Positions 1 through 7,506 of a stretch of DNA of 32,000 nt are shown here, in pieces; position 1 is the stretch's first letter; the number at the start of each line of letters is the position of its first letter. The stretch covers positions 60,001 to 92,000 of the forward strand of contig MWMI01000003.1 in assembly GCA_003568775.1 (NCBI GenBank). Reading direction: 5' to 3'. This stretch comes from Candidatus Nanoclepta minutus. GTDB lineage: Archaea; Nanobdellota; Nanobdellia; Nanobdellales; Nanobdellaceae. Both the position numbers and the translations under genes were made by a program. The notes beneath the pieces were generated by a model that had not been told where the DNA came from, searched no databases, and saw only the letters and a list, made by a program, of their open reading frames with translations.

Positions 1-2088
1 TTGCAGAGAATGAAGGTTTCACTTAGCCCATCTTCCATAACTGTTTATATAAGTTCCTATAATACCTCAACTCTTTCCTTAACAATTAATGATCCTAATA
101 TAAACTCAGTAAGCTTTAGCTGTTCAGCTCCATCCGGATTAACTTGTTCAATTTCTCCAAGTAGCTTATCTTCTAATGGAACTGCAACAGTAAATGTATC
201 TGCATCTACATCAATTTCTGAGGGAACATATCAGGTTAGTATTACTGCAACATCAAATATAGGTGTAACCCTAACTAAAACTTTAACAGTTAATGTTAAA
301 CAAGTAAAAGTATACTTTACTTCAAACACACCTTCAGATGGAGCAAATCTTACTTATCTATATTTACCAATAGAGTTTTATACATCAACAAATACTGTAA
401 ATATTGAAATAAATGGAATAAACTATACCTTAACTGTAAGTCCAAATAGTATAAATAGAGTAGGACTTTACTATACATACTCAAGTCCATCTGGATTACC
501 TAGTTTACAGAGTTTTATAGGAATCTCTGGAGGATATGTAAGCTTTAGGGTATATGCAATAGGTCCTGTAGTAAACTCAACTGAAATAAGGACGGTATAC
601 CTACCACCATTGCAGTTTTACGTGAATTATCTATCTCCAACACCAAATAATGGTACAACATCAAACCTATGGTTATTACAAGTTGCAGGAGAAGTAGTTG
701 ATAATACCTTATCACAGGATTATTGTTACTTAGAATTGCTAAATCCAAATACTTCTACGTGGGATAATGTATCTTACTTACCAAACTGTAATGGATATAT
801 CTATAATACAAACTTGCAAGCATATGCAAAGGATACTGGAACGAACTATGAAGTCTGGTATAGGATAAGATTAGTTAACTCCCAGGGATTAAGCTATATA
901 GTACCTGCAAGGGTTATTTACTATTCATATAATTCACAAACAGTATCTATAGTAAATCCCTCATTAAGCTATCAGAACTTAACTTATACAATTTATAATG
1001 CAATTGCAAGCGGATCTAACTATATTGTATTTGCTCCAGGTTCTTATAGGCTAAATCTAGTAATAAACACTACGGGTTCTGTTACTTTCTTAGGAACCGG
1101 CGTTACATTACAACCCTTATCCGTGGCATCTCCAATAATAACCGTTCTAAATGGAAACGTTACGATAGATGGTTTAACTATGTATTCAAAGTTATTTGTG
1201 GTAAGAGTTGATAACGGAAATCTTGTAATCAAGAACTCAAACATAAACTCTGATTTATATGCAATTCAAACAACTTCCAATTCAACCGTTTCTATTGAAA
1301 ACTCAAACGTATATGGGAAGGTTGCAGGAATATATGCAGTTAACGGTTTATCAAGCTCTTACATATATAACTCAAAGGTTTCTTCAAACGTATGGGGAAT
1401 ATATCTAAAAGATGCTTATAGTGTTATTGTAAACTATTCCAGTGTGGATGCAAAAGTATTTGGAATAGTAATTGAGGGTAATTCTACAAACAATGTAATT
1501 GAGAATACAAATGTAAGTGCAAAGGTATTTGGAATTTACGTAAAGAGCGGGGAGAACAATATTATAAGGAATTCTTTGATAAATTCTGAAGTATTTGCAG
1601 TAAAGTTTGATTCTGGAAATAACGTAATAGAAAACTCTATAATAAACAATAAGAAAGTATTTGGAATATATTCGTTAGCGAATAACTCGATAAGAAATGT
1701 AACGATTTATGGTGGATTGTTTGGTGCTTATATGACAGGTAATGCACAAAACTTAAGACTATATGGAGCAAAGTTAGGAATAAACATATTCGGAAGCGGA
1801 TATATAGGAAACTTATCATTAGATTCCGGTAATTTCTCAATACAGTATAACGGATCTGTGATAATAAGGTCAACGAACAAGGCACCTTCTGTTGTAGGAT
1901 CGTATGTATTCGTAGGAAATCAGATAGAAATACTTGGTAGTATAAATGCAAATATAACGTTTATAACAGATTTAACAGGTAATTTGTCAGTTATAAAAAT
2001 TGTAGGAAAGTTATCGAATGTTATAAGCAATACCACAACCTTTACTCCACAGGGATATGGAATATATGGACTATATATGACTGGCTAA
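1..2088 (+). CDS. Surface/secreted protein, 5'-truncated by the window edge: Ig-like N-terminal region followed by right-handed parallel beta-helix (PbH1/NosD-like) repeats
   Basis: The ORF is open from position 1 and has no signal peptide, so the true N-terminus is probably upstream. The N-terminal 'GTYQVSITATS...LTVNV' resembles Ig-like/CARDB surface domains. Residues ~400-600 carry periodic N-S-x-I/V-x-N turns and recurring KVFGIY/KVAGIY/NVWGIY/EVFAVK strands typical of PbH1 repeats. N-x-S/T sequons are very dense. Confidence 0.7.
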   Translation: MQRMKVSLSPSSITVYISSYNTSTLSLTINDPNINSVSFSCSAPSGLTCSISPSSLSSNGTATVNVSASTSISEGTYQVSITATSNIGVTLTKTLTVNVKQVKVYFTSNTPSDGANLTYLYLPIEFYTSTNTVNIEINGINYTLTVSPNSINRVGLYYTYSSPSGLPSLQSFIGISGGYVSFRVYAIGPVVNSTEIRTVYLPPLQFYVNYLSPTPNNGTTSNLWLLQVAGEVVDNTLSQDYCYLELLNPNTSTWDNVSYLPNCNGYIYNTNLQAYAKDTGTNYEVWYRIRLVNSQGLSYIVPARVIYYSYNSQTVSIVNPSLSYQNLTYTIYNAIASGSNYIVFAPGSYRLNLVINTTGSVTFLGTGVTLQPLSVASPIITVLNGNVTIDGLTMYSKLFVVRVDNGNLVIKNSNINSDLYAIQTTSNSTVSIENSNVYGKVAGIYAVNGLSSSYIYNSKVSSNVWGIYLKDAYSVIVNYSSVDAKVFGIVIEGNSTNNVIENTNVSAKVFGIYVKSGENNIIRNSLINSEVFAVKFDSGNNVIENSIINNKKVFGIYSLANNSIRNVTIYGGLFGAYMTGNAQNLRLYGAKLGINIFGSGYIGNLSLDSGNFSIQYNGSVIIRSTNKAPSVVGSYVFVGNQIEILGSINANITFITDLTGNLSVIKIVGKLSNVISNTTTFTPQGYGIYGLYMTG
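1201..1800 (+). repeat. Intragenic tandem coding repeats (about 22 aa period) forming the beta-helix coils of the surface protein
   Basis: The nucleotide motif aa(a/g)gtatttggaat recurs, and the protein motif (K/N/E)V(F/A/W)G(I)Y recurs at regular spacing. Confidence 0.6.
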
Positions 2089-2181
2089 AATAATTTTTAA
2101 TATGCGTTCCTTAACTTTTTTGCTATATTTTAAACAGTTTATTTTTAATTAGTTTAAGGATTTCCCTTATAAATTATCTTT

Positions 2182-3279
2182 ATGCTATGTAAGCATTTTG
2201 ATAAGTGTGGTGGATGTCAAATACAAAACCTTTCATATGAAGAGCAATTAAGCTTAAAGGTTAATGAGGTAATTGATATATTTAAGAAAGAGCCGGAAGA
2301 AGTAATTCCTTCTCCAAAGATATTCTATTATAGAAATAGAATGGATTGGGCAGTTGGAAAGAATTATGAGGTTGGATTAAAGGAATTTGGAAAGTGGTGG
2401 GAATATGTTGATATATACGAATGTTTGTTGCAATCCAAGGAAAGCGATTATATAAGAAATGAATTTAGGAATTTTATAAAAGAAAATGGATTAGAACCTT
2501 GGGATAATAAAAATCATGAGGGTTTAGTTAGGTATTTAATAGTTAGAGAAGGTAAGTCTACTAAAGAAAGGATGATAATAATTTTATTATCTAGATTAGA
2601 AAATAAGGAATTGTTTTTAGAGTTTTTGGAAAGAATAAAGGATAAAATAACTTCTGCATATATAGGGATTAATCCAGAGATATCAGATGTCTCGTATTCT
2701 CATGAAAAATATTTAATATACGGTGATAAATATCTAAGGGAAAAGGCTTTAGATAACGTTTATTATATTCTACCGAACTCTTTCTTTCAACCAAACAGTT
2801 ATACTTTACCGATAATGATAAAAAGAGCTATTGAATTCTTAGATCCTAAAGAAAACGAAACAATATACGATCTATATAGTGGTATTGGTACTTTTTCAAT
2901 AGAAATTGCAAAGTATTCTAAGAAAGTTATTGGCATAGATGTAGAAAAAGAGACAGAAGAACTGTTTTATAAAAACTCTTTTGAAAATGGAGTAAGTAAT
3001 ACAGAATTTATCCTCTCAAAAGTTGAGGATTTGAATGAAATTAAAGCAGATAAGATTGTTTTAGATCCGCCTAGAGGCGGTATTCATCCGAAGGTTATAG
3101 GGTTAATCGGTAATTCTGGAGCAAAGAGAGTAGTTTACGTTTCGTGTAATCCTAGAACACAATACAGAGATATAAAAAAATTAAAAAAGTTTGGATATTC
3201 TCTGGAAAAGTATATTTTAATAGATCAATTCCCACACACTTTTCATATAGAATCAATTGCTGTTTTAGAAAAAAGGTAA
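2182..3279 (+). CDS. RumA/TrmA-family RNA (uracil-C5)-methyltransferase (m5U), lacking the N-terminal TRAM domain
   Basis: The N-terminus starts directly at the Fe-S cluster signature CKHFDKCGGC (C-x5-C-x2-C), with a later Cys in YECLL. SAM-binding 'DLYSGIGTFS' and 'VLDPPRGG', and the catalytic 'YVSCNP' motif, are characteristic of the RumA/TrmA family. Confidence 0.85.
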   Translation: MLCKHFDKCGGCQIQNLSYEEQLSLKVNEVIDIFKKEPEEVIPSPKIFYYRNRMDWAVGKNYEVGLKEFGKWWEYVDIYECLLQSKESDYIRNEFRNFIKENGLEPWDNKNHEGLVRYLIVREGKSTKERMIIILLSRLENKELFLEFLERIKDKITSAYIGINPEISDVSYSHEKYLIYGDKYLREKALDNVYYILPNSFFQPNSYTLPIMIKRAIEFLDPKENETIYDLYSGIGTFSIEIAKYSKKVIGIDVEKETEELFYKNSFENGVSNTEFILSKVEDLNEIKADKIVLDPPRGGIHPKVIGLIGNSGAKRVVYVSCNPRTQYRDIKKLKKFGYSLEKYILIDQFPHTFHIESIAVLEKR

Positions 3280-3285
3280 GATATA

Positions 3286-3293
3286 TTTATATA
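3286..3293 (+). promoter_or_regulatory. TATA-box-like element (tttatata) centred about 27 nt upstream of the archaellin ATG, implying a leaderless or short-leader transcript
   Basis: The spacing matches the archaeal TATA position (about -26/-27). The AT-rich background makes this weak evidence. Confidence 0.35.
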
Positions 3294-3315
3294 TGTTAAA
3301 GTATTTTGTTATATA

Positions 3316-4167
3316 ATGGTGAGAACGCAGTTTGGACTAACGACGCTTATAATTTTTATAGCAATGATAGTAACCGCAGCAATAGCAGCTGGAGTAATTA
3401 TATATACAACGCAAACGTTACAGCAAAGAGCATTGCAAGTAGGTGCACAAGCTAGAGAAAGGGTTTCTACAGGTGTTGAGGTAACTAGAGTGTGGGGATA
3501 CCAATACGATCTTCAGGCAAAGAGGTTGGATATTAACGTGCAAGCCATATCCGCAATAATGCCTGTAATGAGGCTAATGTCAGGATCAAAGCCGATAGGA
3601 TTTGAGAGGATATCTTATATATTGACCACTCAGTATGGAGATTTACTAGCATATAAGGTTGGAACGGAAGTACCAACTGCAGTTTATGGAATATTACAGG
3701 GAGGAAACTACTTAATATATGGTTTCTTGTATAATGGAAACGTAAATGTAATCAGTGTAAATTCAAGTGATCAAAAAACATGTAGCGCAATCAATGATTA
3801 TAACGGATCCTATATAATAGCAACAAAAACAGTTGTTAATGGAACGGTTGTAGGATGTTCAATATCCTTGAATGAATCTGCAATTAGTAGTCCACTAAGA
3901 GATGTTGATGTACTAAACTTACTATCGGAAATGAAAGCAGCAGGAATTGATTCACCATTTGCGGTAATAGGATTATTCGCATCCCAAATATCGCCATATA
4001 TCCAAGAAGGAGATGTATATGAAATATTATTGTATATAGGAAAGTACTTAACACCGAATACAAGGTATACGTTACAGATAATACCGCAGGATGGATACAT
4101 ATTTACTATAGACGGAAGGATACCAACGGTCCTTACTAATGTACTAGAAGACGTCTGGGCTGGCTAG
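3316..4167 (+). CDS. arlB: Archaellin (archaeal flagellin, FlaB/ArlB family)
   Basis: The N-terminus 'MVRTQFGLTTLIIFIAMIVTAAIAAGVIIYTTQTLQQRA...TGVEV' matches the conserved class III signal peptide and hydrophobic archaellin core ('GTLIVFIAMVLVAA...LQQKA'). The short 7-aa leader ends in Gly. Confidence 0.75.
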   Translation: MVRTQFGLTTLIIFIAMIVTAAIAAGVIIYTTQTLQQRALQVGAQARERVSTGVEVTRVWGYQYDLQAKRLDINVQAISAIMPVMRLMSGSKPIGFERISYILTTQYGDLLAYKVGTEVPTAVYGILQGGNYLIYGFLYNGNVNVISVNSSDQKTCSAINDYNGSYIIATKTVVNGTVVGCSISLNESAISSPLRDVDVLNLLSEMKAAGIDSPFAVIGLFASQISPYIQEGDVYEILLYIGKYLTPNTRYTLQIIPQDGYIFTIDGRIPTVLTNVLEDVWAG

Positions 4168-4179
4168 ACAAATCTTACA

Positions 4180-4185
4180 TTTTTT
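4180..4185 (+). terminator. Oligo-T tract (T6) just downstream of the archaellin stop; putative archaeal terminator
   Basis: The sequence 'cattttttaa' lies 13 nt after the stop codon. Archaeal RNAP terminates at oligo-T. Confidence 0.4.
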
Positions 4186-4225
4186 AATAATTATTTAGGG
4201 ATAATCTCTAATAATAAGATTATAT

Positions 4226-4297
4226 GCCGCCGTAGCTCAGCGGTAGAGCGGCGGACTTGTAATCCGCAGGTCGCGGGTTCAAATCCCGCCGGCGGCT
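4226..4297 (+). tRNA. tRNA-Thr (anticodon UGU), intronless, no encoded CCA
   Basis: Manual cloverleaf: acceptor GCCGCCG/CGGCGGC, D stem GCTC/GAGC, anticodon stem GCGGA/TCCGC, loop CTTGTAA, T stem GCGGG/CCCGC, T loop TTCAAAT, discriminator U. Confidence 0.95.
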
Positions 4298-4303
4298 TAA
4301 TAG

Positions 4304-4309
4304 TTTTTT
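4304..4309 (+). terminator. Oligo-T tract (T6) 7 nt after tRNA-Thr
   Basis: The sequence 'tagttttttaag' immediately follows the tRNA 3' end. Confidence 0.45.
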
Positions 4310-4395
4310 AAGCAGTATCAAATATTAAAAAACTTATTGTAGAATTAACTAATATTATAGCCCCCGTGGTGTAGCGGCAGCATACGGGACTGTCG

Positions 4396-4881
4396 TCCCG
4401 CTCACCCGCGATCTTTAATATTTTTACCGTTAATCATAATTTAAAATATGGAAAAGGCTTGGGTTTTTATTGCTATTGGTTTACTATTAGGAGAGGGACA
4501 TTTTGGTAAAAAGGAATATAGAAATCAGGGGAGGATTGTATTTTCAAATACGAATCCTGTATATGTAAGGCTTGTCTATAAATTATTTACAGAGTTTTTT
4601 AACGTTCCCAAAAACAAAATTAAAGTATATATCTATTATAACTTAAATTACTATAAATTAGTAGAAGAAATACGAATGTTTTGGTCTAAATCTCTAAAGA
4701 TACCTGATGAATATATCAGAATTTATACATATAAGAGAGATATAAAAAGAATTACTAGGCAATCAGAGAGGTGGGGGATATGTCAACTAAGAATAGACGA
4801 TGTGAACATTAAGGATAGGATAGAAAACTTTTTAAGCTCTCTTTTTCAAAAATATTATATAGAGGGGTGAGCGGGGCAGAG
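4396..4881 (+). mobile_element. Archaeal BHB-type tRNA intron (486 nt) carrying a LAGLIDADG-like ORF; putative mobile (homing) intron
   Basis: Central 4-bp helix 4390-4393 (CUGU) pairs with 4876-4879 (GCAG). The 3-nt bulges are 4394-4396 (CG|U) and 4880-4882 (AG|A). An 11-bp outer helix pairs 4397-4407 (CCCGCUCACCC) with 4865-4875 (GGGUGAGCGGG). The intron interior has genome-like AT content. Confidence 0.85.
4448..4870 (+). CDS. Intron-encoded single-motif LAGLIDADG-type homing endonuclease-like protein (140 aa)
   Basis: The N-terminal 'FIAIGLLLGEGHF' (motif codons 4472-4498) fits LAGLIDADG, with the conserved Gly at positions 3 and 9 and an acidic Glu at position 8. The downstream 'GRIVFSNTNPVYVRLVYKLFTEFF' and 'ICQLRIDDVNIKDRIENFL' resemble the beta-alpha core of the family. 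The ORF lies entirely inside the intron, and its TGA stop (4868-4870) sits in the BHB outer helix. Confidence 0.7.
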   Translation: MEKAWVFIAIGLLLGEGHFGKKEYRNQGRIVFSNTNPVYVRLVYKLFTEFFNVPKNKIKVYIYYNLNYYKLVEEIRMFWSKSLKIPDEYIRIYTYKRDIKRITRQSERWGICQLRIDDVNIKDRIENFLSSLFQKYYIEG

Positions 4882-4916
4882 ATCCCGAGGCCCGGGTTCG
4901 AATCCCGGCGGGGGCG

Positions 4917-5765
4917 TTAGAATTCTTCTAATATATAACTTTTTGCAACTTCATTTGCAAACTTTAACCTTTCTTCATCGTTAAGCCCCTTATAATATCC
5001 ATAAAAGTTCGCTGCATTCCAAGTATCTCCAGCTCCAGTCAGGATCTTAGGTCTTACTTTTTCTATTTTCAAATAAGCCTTTGATGGTAAAGAATATACA
5101 AAATCTGAGGAATGAACGTCTAGATTTTCTACATTTATTTCTCTAAATAACTTATTAGCTATTTCTATATAATTATCTCCCTCAATTCCTAAGTAATTAC
5201 TTAAATAGCTTACCTCATATTCGTTTAAACTTAATACCCATATCCTTTTACTTTTAAGTATCCTTATTAGCTCATTAATGTTTTCTTTATTTATGGATGG
5301 GTCTCCTATATCTAAATATATTTTTGCATTAGAGACTTCTGTAATCCACTTTAATAGATCGTTAGATTTTTTGTTGTTATTCCAATTTCCAAAAAATATA
5401 TATTTAGATCGTTTAATTATCTCTCTATATTCCTCAATTTTATCTACTTGAATTCCCCTTGAATCTGTTAGCATGACCCTATCTTCTTCCTCTAAAGAGA
5501 CCGTGATATTATCTGATGTAAAATAGGGATATAGGGTTACGTTATACCTCTCAATAGAACTCTTGAATAAGTTATAAGATAGTTCTCCTAAGCAGGCTAT
5601 CAAGTTATTTTTTATTCCTAACTTTCCTAAAGCTATAGAAAAATTTGCGGCATTACCCCCAATTTTCATTTTCGCTATAGATCTTATGTTACCAGTCCTT
5701 TTATCCAATTTTTCAATTGGTTTTACAATAATATCTATGAACAGATCGGGCAGACTAGTTATCAT
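4917..5765 (-). CDS. PfkB/ribokinase-family carbohydrate kinase
   Basis: It carries the N-terminal 'GGNAANFSIALGKLG' and the C-terminal 'TGAGDTWNAANFYG' PfkB signatures. It overlaps the upstream flippase gene by 11 nt. Confidence 0.8.
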   Translation of the reverse strand: MITSLPDLFIDIIVKPIEKLDKRTGNIRSIAKMKIGGNAANFSIALGKLGIKNNLIACLGELSYNLFKSSIERYNVTLYPYFTSDNITVSLEEEDRVMLTDSRGIQVDKIEEYREIIKRSKYIFFGNWNNNKKSNDLLKWITEVSNAKIYLDIGDPSINKENINELIRILKSKRIWVLSLNEYEVSYLSNYLGIEGDNYIEIANKLFREINVENLDVHSSDFVYSLPSKAYLKIEKVRPKILTGAGDTWNAANFYGYYKGLNDEERLKFANEVAKSYILEEF

Positions 5766-7506
5766 TAGAATATATAGCTCTATAGAAAATATATGATAGA
5801 GCGTTCCTTACAAATTCAAAGAATATTATAGAAATAACTGCCCCTATTGCAGAGTATTTACTTATTAATACAAGATCCAAAATTATTAGAGATACTAGGC
5901 TAAATAAATTAATGATCGATATTTCTTTTAGTCTTGAGTTTATCCAGAGTATATTATAATATAGCGATAGTGGGGATATAATTAGTAGGGATGTAGATAA
6001 CTTTAGTAAGTTTGAAGAACTAGAGTAAGCTTCTCCAAATAAGAGAACTAGGATATCTCTTGAAAATATAAACATTAGTAGGGATATTGGGAGGTTTATA
6101 AGTAGTTGTAATATCAAGATATAGTTTGCATCCCTCTTTATTCTATTTATTTCCCATCTTGCAATTCTAGGGAACATTATTGGATAAATTGAAACAAAGG
6201 ACATTACTATATAGACTACATTGATTGCATTATAGTATAGTGCTAGTATACCTGCGCCTAATAGGAGGGATATTATGTTGAACCTAACTTGGCTATAGAA
6301 GCTGTTAAAAAGGTTTATATAATTCACTGAAACAGCATTCTTAATCACTTCTTTCGTTATTTCCTTATTAAACTTAAAGTTCAGAGAATTTGGATACTTT
6401 TTTATTAATAGGGCTGTTTCTATTATAGAAAGAACAAAAAAACTCAGAAACAATCCAACTAAAGAACCTCTTGAATAGAAGAAGATAGATAGAAAGATTA
6501 CGAGGATAAATTTTAGAAGACCCTCCAATAGATCAAAATATTTTACTGTCTTAAAATCAAGATTAGATATAAATATGGATGGTATAGTATACCTAACTGA
6601 TATAAAGAAGGAGGTTAAAGTTAGCAAGAAGATAAGTGCAATATTTCTTGTAAAGAAAATACTCTGTATAATATCTTTCAAAAAAAATAAAATGAGGAAA
6701 GAAACTATTGATAGAGAGATATAAATAATTAGAAAAGATGTTAAATATTCAGATAATTTTTCAGGATTTTTTGAAAAAAATTTGAATGCTATATCTGGGA
6801 TTAATAATGAAGTAAAAGAGTATATAGCTAGCGTTAGATTATGAAAATTTACGTATCTTCCATAGAAATCTGGTGAAAAAAATCTAGATAGAAATATCGT
6901 TAGAAAAAATGTAAATATCTTCAGGGAAAAAATTCCGATTTTCTGATTAATAAAATCCTTAATAATCTTTTTCCTTAAAATGTATTTAAGAAAATTTATA
7001 GACCTCCTTATAACTTTTTTTAAGTTATTTATAATATCTGAAAGGACATATTTATCTAAAAAGTATTCTATGTCTATATCAGATTTTATCCTATTTTGGA
7101 TGTTGTATATTAGCTCTTCCATATCCAAGTCCTTTCTGAAGAAAAAGACTCTATTAATTCCGTTTAATCTAAATAGACTTAATATCTTTGATTTGTATCC
7201 AAACCTTACAAAATCTTTATTAAAACCTTCTTTTAGATCCTTTATGCTAAAGTTTATCCTTCCTTCCAGAAATAGTATATCATCGCTAAGTTTTTCCTTC
7301 AGTATTTTAATAGCTCTATACTTGCTTATTTTTGCTTTAGAAACAATAAAAACTACATTATATTTTTCTTTTATTTTTCTTATTTTTTCTATTTTATCTA
7401 TTCCATTCAAGAAAACGTATATCTCCTTTTTCAGGTTCTTTAGTAATAAGATATTGTATATAAGTTCCTTCATATCTTCTTTATCCCAATAAACTACTAT
7501 CTTCAT
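5755..7506 (-). CDS. Polysaccharide/oligosaccharide flippase-like (MOP/Wzx-type) multi-pass membrane protein with an extra ~190-aa N-terminal cytoplasmic domain
   Basis: The C-terminal ~390 aa are a run of hydrophobic helices with Wzx-like organisation. The gene sits between aglH and a sugar kinase. The start was chosen at the ATG at 7506 (MKIVVYW...), because it forms an ATGA overlap with the aglH stop. The ORF-track extension to 7581 would overlap aglH by 79 nt. Confidence 0.6.
   Translation of the reverse strand: MKIVVYWDKEDMKELIYNILLLKNLKKEIYVFLNGIDKIEKIRKIKEKYNVVFIVSKAKISKYRAIKILKEKLSDDILFLEGRINFSIKDLKEGFNKDFVRFGYKSKILSLFRLNGINRVFFFRKDLDMEELIYNIQNRIKSDIDIEYFLDKYVLSDIINNLKKVIRRSINFLKYILRKKIIKDFINQKIGIFSLKIFTFFLTIFLSRFFSPDFYGRYVNFHNLTLAIYSFTSLLIPDIAFKFFSKNPEKLSEYLTSFLIIYISLSIVSFLILFFLKDIIQSIFFTRNIALIFLLTLTSFFISVRYTIPSIFISNLDFKTVKYFDLLEGLLKFILVIFLSIFFYSRGSLVGLFLSFFVLSIIETALLIKKYPNSLNFKFNKEITKEVIKNAVSVNYINLFNSFYSQVRFNIISLLLGAGILALYYNAINVVYIVMSFVSIYPIMFPRIARWEINRIKRDANYILILQLLINLPISLLMFIFSRDILVLLFGEAYSSSSNLLKLSTSLLIISPLSLYYNILWINSRLKEISIINLFSLVSLIILDLVLISKYSAIGAVISIIFFEFVRNALSYIFYRAIYSNDN

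Larger units (their letters stand above)
4360..4916 (+). tRNA. tRNA-Asp (anticodon GUC) interrupted by a 486-nt intron at canonical position 37/38; exons 4360..4395 and 4882..4916 (71 nt mature)
   Basis: Manual fold: acceptor GCCCCCG/CGGGGGC, D stem GTGT/GCAT (G10-U25), anticodon stem CGGGA(4385-4389)/TCCCG(4883-4887), C32 U33 GUC(4392-4394) G37 | A38, variable AGGC, T stem CCGGG/CCCGG, T loop TTCGAAT, discriminator G73 (an Asp identity element). The exon-intron junctions form a 3-4-3 bulge-helix-bulge. Confidence 0.9.

Noticed and set aside
545-1951. Three minus-strand ORFs (545-748, 1044-1244, 1637-1951) inside the surface-protein gene.
   Set aside because: They are antisense to a long repeat-containing CDS with clear beta-helix periodicity, and there is no independent support.
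4360-4916. Interpretation as two separately transcribed split-tRNA halves (Nanoarchaeum-style trans-splicing).
   Set aside because: Both halves are on the same strand, in order and only 486 nt apart. The complementary segments form a standard cis BHB at position 37/38. A cis intron is the simplest reading. An internal promoter feeding only the 3' half cannot be excluded without RNA data.
5754-5767. A 14-nt identity (taatgataactagt) between the PfkB start region (minus strand, 5754-5767) and the PPDK-like gene start (23121-23134). Both proteins begin MITSL.
   Set aside because: A single 14-mer match is expected by chance among all position pairs in 32 kb of AT-biased sequence. Similarity does not extend beyond it.
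6980-7492. 170-aa ORF antisense to the flippase N-terminal domain.
   Set aside because: It has low-complexity S/F/L/I-rich composition typical of the reverse complement of a Lys/Glu/Ile-rich gene. It lies entirely inside a better-supported CDS and has no motifs.
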